Below the pieces are notes generated by a model, which made no database searches, was not told the origin of the DNA, and saw only the letters and a program-made list of their open reading frames with translations. Shown in pieces: positions 30,891 through 40,283 of a stretch of DNA of 64,000 nt (position 1 is the stretch's first letter; each line of letters starts with the position of its first letter). Where the stretch lies: positions 12,164 through 76,163 of the forward strand of contig CAMAQB010000004.1 of assembly GCA_945860285.1 (NCBI GenBank), given 5' to 3'. This DNA comes from Akkermansia muciniphila. Its GTDB lineage: Bacteria; Verrucomicrobiota; Verrucomicrobiia; Verrucomicrobiales; Akkermansiaceae. Position numbers and translations under genes: made by a program.

Positions 30891-31178
30891 ATGAAAATGA
30901 CCACCATGACGATTGTCGCAGCTTTCTCTTTGATCGCTGTGTCTTGCAAGCCTGCTGAAGATGCCGCTAAAAAAACAGAAGAAGCCGCAAAGAGCGCTGC
31001 TGCGGCGACGACCGAAGCTGCCAAAGATGCAGCCGGTAAAGTGACTGAAGCCACCAAGGACGCTGCTGCTGCTGCCACTAAGGGTGCTGCGGATGTGGCC
31101 AAGGATGTTTCGGATGCCACGGCCAAGGCTGCTGAGGACGCCGCCAAAGCCGCCGAGCCTGCGGAAGAAGAGAAATAA
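30891..31178 (+). CDS. Small Ala/Lys/Glu-rich lipoprotein with amphipathic repeats
   Basis: MKMTTMTIVAAFSLIAVSC (lipobox-like IAVSC), then repeated AAKxAA/ATKxAA units. Followed by a strong intrinsic terminator. Confidence 0.6.
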   Translation: MKMTTMTIVAAFSLIAVSCKPAEDAAKKTEEAAKSAAAATTEAAKDAAGKVTEATKDAAAAATKGAADVAKDVSDATAKAAEDAAKAAEPAEEEK

Positions 31179-31199
31179 TTCGTCAAACCTTTTGAACCC

Positions 31200-31232
31200 G
31201 CCGCAGCCATCATGAATGGCTGCGGCTTTTTC
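31200..31232 (+). terminator. Rho-independent terminator
   Basis: Perfect 11-bp stem GCCGCAGCCAT / ATGGCTGCGGC with a 5-nt loop (CATGA), followed by TTTTTC. Lies 21 nt after the lipoprotein stop. Confidence 0.8.
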
Positions 31233-31256
31233 TTGCCCATCTCTGACGATCACCGC

Positions 31257-32072
31257 ATGATCCGAGCCATGAATGCCAATGAGAAGGCCGCAGCACTGCG
31301 ACAGCGCAAGGGCGGAATTCCGATCTGCGCGCTGACAGCCTACGATTTCCCCACTGCCCGACTGCTCGATCAGGCGGGCATCGATGTTTTGTTGGTCGGC
31401 GACTCCCTTGGCATGGTCGTGCTGGGATTTCCCGACACCACGCACGTCACCCTGGCCCACATGCGGCATCACACCGCCGCCGTGGCCCGGGCCCGACCCG
31501 ATGCGCTGATTCTTGCCGACCTGCCGATCCACAGCTACGACACTCCCGAGAAAGCCTTGGCATCGGCCCGACAGTTGATGGAAGAGGGTGCCGATGCCGT
31601 GAAACTCGAAGGCGGCAGCGAGCAGTGGGAAAAAATCCATGCCATCACCACTGCCGGCATTGCCGTGATCGGCCACATCGGCATGCTGCCACAGCGCGTC
31701 AACGAACTGGGAGGCTACCGCAAGCAGGGCCGCACCAAGGAAGCCGCAACCACTTTGTTCGAGGATGCCCGCGCTCTGGAAAATGCCGGTGTCTGCGCCA
31801 TCGTGCTGGAGTCGATCATTCCCGCTGTCGCCGTGGAAATCACCGCAGCCGTGGCGATTCCCACCATCGGCATCGGCTGCGGCGAATCAACCTGCGATGG
31901 CGAGGTCGCCGTGGTCACCGACCTGCTCGGCAGTTTCCCCTGGTTCGTCCCCCCCTTTGCCAAACCGGAGGCGGACTTGGCCACACAAATCGTCCACGCC
32001 GCCCAGGCCTACCGCCGACGCGTGCAAGGGGATGTGACCGAGGCTAACGAATCCCAAACACTGAGAGGCTGA
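31257..32072 (+). CDS. panB: 3-methyl-2-oxobutanoate hydroxymethyltransferase PanB
   Basis: LTAYDFPTARLLDQAGIDVLLVGDSLGMVVLGFPDTTHVTLAHMRHHTAAV..., KLEGG, GHIGMLPQ. The track start 31212 lies in the loop of the upstream terminator, so the start was moved to ATG 31257. Confidence 0.9.
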   Translation: MIRAMNANEKAAALRQRKGGIPICALTAYDFPTARLLDQAGIDVLLVGDSLGMVVLGFPDTTHVTLAHMRHHTAAVARARPDALILADLPIHSYDTPEKALASARQLMEEGADAVKLEGGSEQWEKIHAITTAGIAVIGHIGMLPQRVNELGGYRKQGRTKEAATTLFEDARALENAGVCAIVLESIIPAVAVEITAAVAIPTIGIGCGESTCDGEVAVVTDLLGSFPWFVPPFAKPEADLATQIVHAAQAYRRRVQGDVTEANESQTLRG

Positions 32073-32245
32073 GCGCGACATCCGCAATCCTGCGCGACAA
32101 GCTCCTGCGTGGCTCGATGTTCAGATCCCGACTTCTCCCACGCTTGAGCTGGTCCATATCGAGGGAAGTTTCAACGATGAGTAATGTTCCCTTTGGCGTA
32201 TTGTGTTTTCCCTTCGCCTGAGGAGTTGATGGATCAGTGGCGCGG

Positions 32246-33295
32246 TCATTTTGCCGGAACGGCTGGCTCGTTGAGCTTGGCGAGCACGCTGGCTTCGAGA
32301 TCAGCATAGAGCGCGGGGTCGTTCTTTAGAAGTTCCTTCGCGGCATCGCGACCCTGGGCGAGTTGCGTGCCGTTGTAGCTGAACCAGCTGCCGCGCTTTT
32401 GTACGATCTCCATTTCCAAGGCGAGGTCGAGCAACGATCCTGTGGAGGAAATGCCCTCATTGAACATGATGTCGAACTCCGCTTCGGCGAAGGGCGGCGC
32501 GACTTTGTTTTTCACGCACTTGATCTTGGTGCGGCTGCCGATCACCGAACCATCGGTGCCTTTGATCTGGCCGAGTCGGCGGATGTCGACGCGTACCGAC
32601 GAGAAGAATTTCAATGCACGACCGCCGGGAGTTGTCTCCGGGCTGCCGAACATCACGCCGATTTTCTCGCGGATCTGGTTGGTGAACACACAGACCGTGC
32701 GCGCTTTGGAAATGAAGCTGGTGAGCTTGCGCATCGCCGCACTCATCAGGCGCGCCTGGGCACCAACGGTCGAATCGCCGATCTCGCCATCGAGTTCCTG
32801 TTTGGTGACCAGGGCCGCCACCGAGTCGAGTACCACCACGTCGATCGCATTCGAACGAACCAACGCCTCGCAGATTTGCAGGGCTTCTTCACCCGAAGAT
32901 GGCTGGGAGACCAGCAGGTCATCGAGATTCACGCCGAGGCGGCGGGCGTATTGTGGATCGAGCGCGTGTTCCACGTCGATGAAAGCCGCCAGGCCGCCGC
33001 GCTTTTGCGCCTGGGCGATCAGAGTGAGAGTCAGGGTTGTTTTTCCCGAAGATTCCGGTCCGAACACCTCGACGATTCGACCGCGGGGGAAGCCGCCGAC
33101 TCCGAGTGCGCGATCGATCAATAGATTCCCCGTGGGGATCACTTCTACATCCATGCGGCGGTCATCGCCCATGCGCATGATCGCGGCTTCGCCGAATTCC
33201 TTCTGAATGTGGGAGATTGCCGCGTCGAGATTCCTTTTGCGTGCTTCGGCCATTTTATCGGCCCCGGTGTCTGAGGTAGTTGATTTCGCTGCCAT
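32246..33295 (-). CDS. recA: Recombinase RecA
   Basis: [15 protein letters not shown]..., [19 protein letters not shown] (Walker A), [20 protein letters not shown]. The track start 33322 is TTG; the first ATG is at 33295. Confidence 0.95.
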   Translation of the reverse strand: MAAKSTTSDTGADKMAEARKRNLDAAISHIQKEFGEAAIMRMGDDRRMDVEVIPTGNLLIDRALGVGGFPRGRIVEVFGPESSGKTTLTLTLIAQAQKRGGLAAFIDVEHALDPQYARRLGVNLDDLLVSQPSSGEEALQICEALVRSNAIDVVVLDSVAALVTKQELDGEIGDSTVGAQARLMSAAMRKLTSFISKARTVCVFTNQIREKIGVMFGSPETTPGGRALKFFSSVRVDIRRLGQIKGTDGSVIGSRTKIKCVKNKVAPPFAEAEFDIMFNEGISSTGSLLDLALEMEIVQKRGSWFSYNGTQLAQGRDAAKELLKNDPALYADLEASVLAKLNEPAVPAK

Positions 33296-33433
33296 GATAT
33301 TAGAGTGGTTGACGGGGGACAATTTCCCAGAAATTGACGGCGAGTCAATAAAAAAGATGTTCGATTGAACAAAAAAGTGCCTTTCAGGGGCTGAAAAAGA
33401 CGAAAAGCCCTGATTATCAGGGAACTTCGCAGC

Positions 33434-33853
33434 TCAGGAATTTTGTTTCCGCCAGTCCCAGGTGACATCCACGCGGATGTCCGGGTGGATGCTGTGGTGG
33501 ACCGGGCAGCTGTGGACGGCGGCCTGAAGCAACGCGGCAACCGGGTGATCCTCGTCGATCGGCATGGTGATCGCAACCGGGAGGCTGACGATGCGGCGCG
33601 GAGTGTCTAACGACATCTCCTTGTGCACGACAATGCGCAGGCCCGTCAGGTCGCACTGCTTGCGCTGGGCAACGATCCCCATTACCGTGGCCATGCAACA
33701 ACCGAGGGCGGTGGCGACGAGATCGGTGGGCGAAAAGGCCTCACCGCGTCCGTTGTTGTCCACCGGTGCGTCGGTGACGAGAGTATTTCCCGAGGGGACA
33801 TGGAGAGCGGAGCAGTGCAGTTCCCCTTCATAATTGATGCGGATTTCGATCAT
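33434..33853 (-). CDS. OsmC-family protein (peroxiredoxin-like)
   Basis: 139 aa. ...SPTDLVATALGCCMATVMG... and ...LQAAVHSCPVHHSI... carry the two conserved OsmC/Ohr cysteines. ATGA overlap with the upstream kinase gene. Confidence 0.75.
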   Translation of the reverse strand: MIEIRINYEGELHCSALHVPSGNTLVTDAPVDNNGRGEAFSPTDLVATALGCCMATVMGIVAQRKQCDLTGLRIVVHKEMSLDTPRRIVSLPVAITMPIDEDHPVAALLQAAVHSCPVHHSIHPDIRVDVTWDWRKQNS

Positions 33854-36426
33854 GGTGATTGGATTTGTGTAGTGGTGTTTTCTTTGTTGACCTTGGACAG
33901 AACGACACGGAAACCGCAGATGTTGTCGGGTTTGCTGGAGAGCAGAATGGCGTGGCGAAAGGCAATCGAAAGGTGGTGTTCCGAGTAAGTGTTCCAGCCA
34001 CCGCCGCGGACGACGCCGTACAGTTTCAGGCTGTCGTAGTCATCCGACACCCATTCGTGGGCGTTTCCCGCGAGGTCGAAAATGCCGTAGATGTTCGGGG
34101 CGAACGAACCGACCGGCGAGGTGCTTTCATAGCCATCGCTATAGCCGCGGATTCCCTGGTCCGGGCTGATCTTTCCCGCCTTCAGTGTGTATTCATCCGC
34201 GAAGTTGCCAGACCCTGCGGGTGGCGGCCAGGTCTTGCCCCAGGGCCAGACGGAGAGACGCTGGCTGTCGCGCTGCCCCGGCGTATTGCCTTTTTCATTG
34301 TCGAGTCCCGCCATCAGCGACCATTCGCGGTCGGTCGGCAGCCGGTATTCATGCGAAAACTGGATGCGCTCGTCCTTGCGTTCGCGCTGGGTGAGCCATT
34401 CGCAAAAGCGCACGGCATTGTCGCGCTTGATATTGACCACCGGATGGTTCGGATCCTGGCTGAAAGGGGCCGGGGGCGGTGCCGGACCGCCGCTTTCCTT
34501 GACATACAACGCATAGTCCTCAATGCGCGTCTCGTAGGCACTCACCATCAGGTCATCTCCCAGCGGCAAGAATTTCATTCCCAGCGCATTTTCCCACGGC
34601 CGTCCGAAAACCACGCCCTGGTTCGGTTGCAGTTCGATCTTCAGATCGACACTCTGACCGTTTTCCAGAGTCAGGTGCTTTGTTTGCGGTTTGTAGCCAT
34701 CGAGCAGAAACATCAGCTCCACCGCACCCGGACGGATTTTCTGGATCAGCGTCGCTCCGTTGATTCGTCCGCGCGAAACCTCATTCACGTAGATTTCTAC
34801 ATCCTCGGGCACGCTGACCACACGGAGGGAGCCGTAGGGGACGTCTCTCACGACAATTCGAAACGGTGCCAGACCTTTGGCGCGCATATCCGCATTGATG
34901 GCCGGATTTTCATAGGCTTTCTCCATGCGTGGGAGAATTTCCTGATCGGGTGTGAGATAGGACGGCGTCGCGCCGCGCTGGTGCCAGCGGCAGAAAAGTT
35001 CCGCCTCTGCGGCGGTGGTCAACACCACTTTCGATGGTTTGCCGTTTTCGCTGATCGAGATGACCGCGCCGGCACCGGCGGGTCGCTTCTCCGCCGACGT
35101 GAACAGTTTCCAATCGCGTTCTGAGAGGAAATTCTGTGAAACGTGGAGTTCCTCATCGGGCAGATAGCGGATGCCCAGGTGATCCTGCCACGGTTCCCCC
35201 TGGATCGGCGGGGAAAAGATTTTCATGCTGCCGCCGATCAGATCCGGCTCGGCGGTGTTTTTCACCAGGTGTTCGATTTGCAATTCCTGGTAGCCACTTT
35301 TGCGCAGCGTGAATTTCAGTGGCGTGCCCACCGGATACGCGAGCACGCTGGTTTGCGTTTCACCAAGATAGCGGCCCTCGCCGTCAAAGACCGTGGCACC
35401 CTCGGGATCGCTGACAATCTTGATCTGCCCCATCTGCGGGGCGAGCGGCTGAACGCTCTCGGTTTTGCGGAACAGGGCGTTGACCCACGACAACATCATG
35501 TCCTTTTCCAAAAACTTCCATCCGAGGAATCCGCTGCCGGCGAGCAGCATCAACAGGGTCATCGTGACATAAGAACCGCGGCTTCTGCGCCTACGCTTGC
35601 CGCGCTGGATCCGCCGCAGTGCATCGGCCAGCTCCGCCGCCGTGCTGACCTGCCGCTTGGAGATGTGCGGTTCGCAGACATCGCAGATCACCCGGTTGAG
35701 AGCCAGCCATTTCTTGCGATCCTGACCCGTGGGCAGCTCATCGGGCAGTTCGGGGAAATCCAAACGATCCTTGCCGGTGGCGATTTCATATAAAACCTTG
35801 CCCAGTGAATACACATCCGCCTGGGCCGATCCCGGGCCTTCGGGGGGAACGAAACCTTCGGTGCCGACAAAGGTGCGCTGGTCGCGGGCCGCCACCAGGC
35901 CAATGTCGGCCAGCTTCGCTTTGCCGCCGACGAAGATCACGTTCGATGGTTTCACATCGCGGTGCGCCAGACCTTTTTCGTGCAGATGTCCGAGCGCCTC
36001 GGCGAGCCGCAGTCCGACTTCGAGACACTGATCAACGGGAAACAATTTCGCCTTGGTGTCCTTGCTGTCGGCCCGCAGCGTGCGGGGTTCGTACTCCACC
36101 GGATGAATGTCGCGACCGCGGTGGATGTCGTCGCCCAACTCCATCACATAGTAGTAGAACGAATGGCGGTCGGGGCTTCGTCCGACATGCAGCACGTTCA
36201 CCAGGCCCGGGTGGTCGCGCGAGATCGGCTCGAAGCGCAGAATGCCCTCGAACTCCCTTTCAAAAGTGCGTTCGTCCTCGAAGTCCTCTCGCCAAACCAC
36301 CTTGACCGCGCGCATCGCACCGGTCACACCGCGGGCGAGCCAGACTTCGCCATAGGCGCCGCCACCGATCTTGCGAAGCACCTCGTGATCGGGAATCGCT
36401 GGAAGCGGCCGCTGCTTACTCGTCAT
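33850..36426 (-). CDS. Transmembrane Ser/Thr protein kinase with extracytoplasmic PEGA-like and FGE-sulfatase (SUMF1-like) domains
   Basis: N-terminal kinase (GGGAYGEVW, AVKVV, HRDVKPSNV, DIGLV, GTEGFVPPE), one TM (VTMTLLMLLAGSGFLGWKF), PEGA-like units (IKIVSDPEGATVF..; LRVVSVPEDVEIYVN..), and a C-terminal SUMF1-like domain (...NAVRFCEWL..YRLPTDREW..GNAHEWVSD..VVRGGGW..GFRVVL). Confidence 0.85.
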   Translation of the reverse strand: MTSKQRPLPAIPDHEVLRKIGGGAYGEVWLARGVTGAMRAVKVVWREDFEDERTFEREFEGILRFEPISRDHPGLVNVLHVGRSPDRHSFYYYVMELGDDIHRGRDIHPVEYEPRTLRADSKDTKAKLFPVDQCLEVGLRLAEALGHLHEKGLAHRDVKPSNVIFVGGKAKLADIGLVAARDQRTFVGTEGFVPPEGPGSAQADVYSLGKVLYEIATGKDRLDFPELPDELPTGQDRKKWLALNRVICDVCEPHISKRQVSTAAELADALRRIQRGKRRRRSRGSYVTMTLLMLLAGSGFLGWKFLEKDMMLSWVNALFRKTESVQPLAPQMGQIKIVSDPEGATVFDGEGRYLGETQTSVLAYPVGTPLKFTLRKSGYQELQIEHLVKNTAEPDLIGGSMKIFSPPIQGEPWQDHLGIRYLPDEELHVSQNFLSERDWKLFTSAEKRPAGAGAVISISENGKPSKVVLTTAAEAELFCRWHQRGATPSYLTPDQEILPRMEKAYENPAINADMRAKGLAPFRIVVRDVPYGSLRVVSVPEDVEIYVNEVSRGRINGATLIQKIRPGAVELMFLLDGYKPQTKHLTLENGQSVDLKIELQPNQGVVFGRPWENALGMKFLPLGDDLMVSAYETRIEDYALYVKESGGPAPPPAPFSQDPNHPVVNIKRDNAVRFCEWLTQRERKDERIQFSHEYRLPTDREWSLMAGLDNEKGNTPGQRDSQRLSVWPWGKTWPPPAGSGNFADEYTLKAGKISPDQGIRGYSDGYESTSPVGSFAPNIYGIFDLAGNAHEWVSDDYDSLKLYGVVRGGGWNTYSEHHLSIAFRHAILLSSKPDNICGFRVVLSKVNKENTTTQIQSP

Positions 36427-37075
36427 CGTGCTTGAGCTTTTCCAGTTCCCTTTTCAGCACCGAGCCCACCCGGTGTTTTGCCAGATAGACCTGGGCCATG
36501 CTGACACCGAGGTGTTTTTGCACCTTGCCAGCCTCCCATTCACGAAGAACATAGTAGTCAAAAATCTGGTACTGCTTCGGCGACACCTGGGCCTTCACCC
36601 GGGTCAGCGCCGCATCGGCCAGGTTGCGGCGCCATTCGGCATCCCATACGCGGTCGAGCGGCACGCCGTTGGGGTCCTCGTAGCGATCAATCACCGCGGT
36701 CTTACGCTCGTCATCCCAGTCGCCTCCGCTCATCGCCGTGTCCTTTTTGCGCTTGCGGAACTGGTCGTTGATGCGCCAACGCGTCATGTTCATCAACCAC
36801 GATTTGAAGGATCCCTGCGCGGGGTCGTAGAGCTTTTTCTTGCTCTGCTTGGCGATCGACAGAATCGTTTCCTGAACACAGTCGAATGCCTCATCGGAGC
36901 GCAATCCCGCTTTGATCGCCACCGCATAGATCAATTTCCAATAGGTCTTGTAAAACTCGTCCCAGGTTTGCTGGTCCTCCCAGTTGTCGAGCCGCGCGAT
37001 CAGGCTCTTGCGGGTCTTGGCAAAGATGGCGGCCAGCGCTTCGTCGTTCTCGGGTTGTTTTTCCGCTTCGCTCAT
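36416..37075 (-). CDS. ECF-type RNA polymerase sigma factor
   Basis: Region 2 (QQTWDEFYKTYWKLIYAVAIKAGLRSDEAFDCVQETI) and region 4 (YQIFDYYVLREWEAGKVQKHLGVSMAQVYLAKHRV). The stop overlaps the kinase start by 11 nt. Start set at ATG 37075. Confidence 0.8.
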   Translation of the reverse strand: MSEAEKQPENDEALAAIFAKTRKSLIARLDNWEDQQTWDEFYKTYWKLIYAVAIKAGLRSDEAFDCVQETILSIAKQSKKKLYDPAQGSFKSWLMNMTRWRINDQFRKRKKDTAMSGGDWDDERKTAVIDRYEDPNGVPLDRVWDAEWRRNLADAALTRVKAQVSPKQYQIFDYYVLREWEAGKVQKHLGVSMAQVYLAKHRVGSVLKRELEKLKHDDE

Positions 37076-37270
37076 CCGCTTATATATATCACAGCTCCCC
37101 GCGCTTGTCTTGTGCAGTTTCGCGGGCTTTTGAGTTTTTGCTTGGGATGCTCTCATTTTACCGAAAAGCGAAGAATCAAAGATGTTGTTTACAATTTGTT
37201 AGTTTAAACTTACTATCTCAACCACTCACCTGAGGCGTTTGACTCACGTTCAGGATGCCCGCGCCCCGTC

Positions 37271-39151
37271 ATGTCAGATCCATCATCCCTTTCATCCTGC
37301 AATCCGTCCGCTCAAGTCGAGCGCATGAGAGAGATCATTGTCGGCCGACAGCTTGCCCGCGTCGAACAGCGGCTGGACCGCCTCGAACGCTTTGCCGACA
37401 GCCCGCAGCTTTCGAGCCCGGACGTTTTTCCGCGGATCGAGCATCTCGAAGCGCAATTCGAGGCAGCCCGTGACCACATGCAGCGCCAGGTGGATCAGAT
37501 CCGTCGGGAAATCGCCAGCGAGATGGCGAACCGCCGCAGCGAAGTTCACTGTCTGGCTGAACAGATCCAGCAAGCGGCGCTGTTGCGAAACGAGAATCGT
37601 CCGCAACCCGAAAGCGGCGGGGACATCGAACAACGCGTCGGTAACTGGCTGGAACAATGGCAAAAAAATCTGGAGGATTTTCTCGAAAAACGGGAAAACT
37701 GGTTGATCCAACAGATGCGCCAGGAGTTGCAGCAACTTCGTCAATCGATGACCGATCACCAGCAAAAAGCGGCGATTTGCCAACAACAAGCCCTGCTTGA
37801 TTGGGAATCCATACGAAACGATTGCCAGCAAAGCCTGGCGGCGCAGCAAAAACAACTCGAAGGACTGAAAGATTTCGTCGGGCAGTTCCAGCAGAAACTG
37901 CAGGTCATGGAAATCCAGAACCAACAGAACGAGCATACTCATCAGACGCGGTTGTCGCAGATCGCCCAAGCGGCCCGGGCTCTGACCGAGTCGGCCGCGT
38001 CACTCGGATCCCTCTCCACCGCCCCCCCCCTCAACCACGTGATGAGCTCGAACCTTCCTTCATTCCCCAATCAAGACCTGCCGATATTGCCCGATACGAG
38101 CAAAGAATCGCGCTTTCCGCTTTTGCTGGTCGACGCGGCCCGCGTTTTTCCCGATGAACCCGCTCTCGCGGCCCTTCCGGTCATGGCATCACTTCCTGAG
38201 CTGATGAGTGTTGCCGCGGAGCCGTTTCCAACTGGCCAATCGAACTGGGGTTCAGATTTGCCGGACATCCCGTTGCTGCAACAGCCGTTGTCCGACTCCT
38301 TCGCAATGGCGACATCAATGGCTACCGCTTTCCCTTCGTTCCCCAACCACCTCTCCCCGACGCCTGCTTTCGAGGAGTTGCCAAGCACGCCGGTTGATTC
38401 TCCTTTCGCCATTCACGAACCGGCTCCTGTTTCTGCCCCCGCGCCCCGCACGGTGCTGCCACCGTTGGAGCGCGAACATGCGCGTCTTGACTACACCGAC
38501 AAGGAATTGCTCGATGTCTTGCGTCCCTTGGTCGAGTGCTCCGGGCAGCGTTCGCTCTATCAATCGGGCGCTGGCATCGACACCTATCTCGAACCGCTGT
38601 TGCGGGCGACCATCCGCCGCGCGCTGGCCGAGCACAGCCCCACACAATCCCCGTTTCGAGAACCGGGTTTCCTAGACCGCGTCGGCTGGCGTTTGGCCGC
38701 CTTGTTCAGCAGCCGCACCTACGAGGAGATTCATTTTGAAAAAACCCGCCGATTCCGCGTCGAGGAGGTTTATTTGTTAGAAAAAATCAATCTATCGATG
38801 ATTTCCTTCGCCAGTTCGGATCCGGCACGCCATGCATCGGCGAAACGCGTGCATGCCACGGTGCGCCGCCTCGCCGATGGCGCGCTCGACAAGGAGGGCA
38901 CGATGCGGTTGTTCTACGATCTTCCCGAAGGTCGTCGCGCTGTTGTCCGCGAAGGCAGAAACGCGCTGTTGATTGCAGTCGTTCTCGGAACGCCAGGAGA
39001 TGCTCTGCGCATCGATCTGGACTTCACGCTGCACCGCGTCGAAGAACGCTTTGGTCCGCGTTTCCATAACCTGGAGGATCCGCTGCTGCACAGCATCCAA
39101 CCCCATCTCGAGGACTGCCTGCTGATCTGCGCGCCATCATCCAACCACTGA
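37271..39151 (+). CDS. Hypothetical protein: N-terminal Q/E/R-rich coiled coil, Pro/Ser-rich linker, C-terminal globular domain
   Basis: 626-aa ORF divergent from the ECF sigma gene. Heptad-like Q/L/E/R-rich first ~250 aa, low-complexity P/S/L region at ~250-400, then a ~220-aa non-repetitive C-terminus. No family recognised. Confidence 0.6.
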   Translation: MSDPSSLSSCNPSAQVERMREIIVGRQLARVEQRLDRLERFADSPQLSSPDVFPRIEHLEAQFEAARDHMQRQVDQIRREIASEMANRRSEVHCLAEQIQQAALLRNENRPQPESGGDIEQRVGNWLEQWQKNLEDFLEKRENWLIQQMRQELQQLRQSMTDHQQKAAICQQQALLDWESIRNDCQQSLAAQQKQLEGLKDFVGQFQQKLQVMEIQNQQNEHTHQTRLSQIAQAARALTESAASLGSLSTAPPLNHVMSSNLPSFPNQDLPILPDTSKESRFPLLLVDAARVFPDEPALAALPVMASLPELMSVAAEPFPTGQSNWGSDLPDIPLLQQPLSDSFAMATSMATAFPSFPNHLSPTPAFEELPSTPVDSPFAIHEPAPVSAPAPRTVLPPLEREHARLDYTDKELLDVLRPLVECSGQRSLYQSGAGIDTYLEPLLRATIRRALAEHSPTQSPFREPGFLDRVGWRLAALFSSRTYEEIHFEKTRRFRVEEVYLLEKINLSMISFASSDPARHASAKRVHATVRRLADGALDKEGTMRLFYDLPEGRRAVVREGRNALLIAVVLGTPGDALRIDLDFTLHRVEERFGPRFHNLEDPLLHSIQPHLEDCLLICAPSSNH

Positions 39152-39157
39152 AACATT

Positions 39158-40255
39158 TCAGCGGTCAACACGGGCGGACCCGCCATCGACCAGCTTCTTC
39201 ACTTCATCGAGGGTCGCCATCGAGGTGTCGCCCGGGGTGGTCATCGCCAGCGCGCCGTGGGCCGCGCCGTAATCAACCGCCAATCCCGCGTCGTTGAATT
39301 CCATGAAACCGTATGCCAGACCGCTGGCAAAGGAATCGCCGCCGCCGACGCGGTCGAAGATTTCCATCCGCGGCCGCTGGATCGATTCGAAAAATTGACC
39401 GTCGTGCCAGCAGACGGCAGCCCAGTCGTTGATGGTCGCGCTATGCACATCGCGCAACGTGGTGGCGACAACATGGAAGTTGGGGAACTCGCCGACCACC
39501 CGTTCGATCATTTGCTTGAAATGATCGACGTTGATGCCGGTGATGTGCTCGCTCACACCCGCCACCTCGAAGCCGAGGCAGGCGGTGAAATCCTCTTCGT
39601 TGCCGATCATCACGTCCACGTAGCGGGCGATTTCACGATTGACCTGTTGTGCTTTCGCCTGACCGCCGATGGATTTCCACAGGCTCGGGCGGTAATTCAG
39701 GTCGTACGAAACGATGGTGCCGTATTGCTTTGCTTTCTTGCAGGCCTCCAGCACCACGGCGGCGGTGGTTTCGGAGAGCGCGGCAAAAATTCCCCCGGTG
39801 TGAAACCAGCGGGTGCCGCAGTTGCCGAAAATTTCATCCCAGTCGATGTCGCCCGGTTTGAGCTGGCTGGCGGCGGTGTTGCCGCGGTCACTCGTGCCCT
39901 TGGCTCCACGCACGCCGAAACCGCGCTCGGTGAAATTCAGTCCATTGCGCACATCACGGCCGATGCCGTCGAATTTTTTCCACTGGACAAAACGGGTGTC
40001 GACTCCGCCCTGGAGGATGAAGTCTTCGATCAGCCGTCCGACATCGTTTTCCGCAAACGCGGTGACCACTGCGGCGCGTTTGCCGAAGCAGCGGCGCATG
40101 CCGCGGGCGACGTTGTATTCACCGCCGCCTTCCCAGCACTGGAACTGCCGTGTGGTGCGGACGCGACCGTCGCCGGGATCGAGGCGCAGCATGATCTCAC
40201 CAAGAGCAATGACGTCGTAGGCACACTCTGCGGCGGATTTGATTACTAAGCTCAT
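39158..40255 (-). CDS. PfkB-family sugar kinase (2-dehydro-3-deoxygluconokinase-like)
   Basis: YDVIALGEIMLRLDP...GGGEYNVARG... at the N-terminus and DRVGGGDSFASGLAYG (PfkB signature 2) near the C-terminus. Confidence 0.75.
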   Translation of the reverse strand: MSLVIKSAAECAYDVIALGEIMLRLDPGDGRVRTTRQFQCWEGGGEYNVARGMRRCFGKRAAVVTAFAENDVGRLIEDFILQGGVDTRFVQWKKFDGIGRDVRNGLNFTERGFGVRGAKGTSDRGNTAASQLKPGDIDWDEIFGNCGTRWFHTGGIFAALSETTAAVVLEACKKAKQYGTIVSYDLNYRPSLWKSIGGQAKAQQVNREIARYVDVMIGNEEDFTACLGFEVAGVSEHITGINVDHFKQMIERVVGEFPNFHVVATTLRDVHSATINDWAAVCWHDGQFFESIQRPRMEIFDRVGGGDSFASGLAYGFMEFNDAGLAVDYGAAHGALAMTTPGDTSMATLDEVKKLVDGGSARVDR

Positions 40256-40283
40256 AGTAGATGATGGATTTCAGGGAGAAAAA

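Noticed and set aside
28528-31676. ORFs 28528-29886 (+) and 30645-31676 (-)
   Set aside because: They are antisense to the S8 peptidase and to the panB/small-gene region. The second would also run through a strong terminator hairpin.
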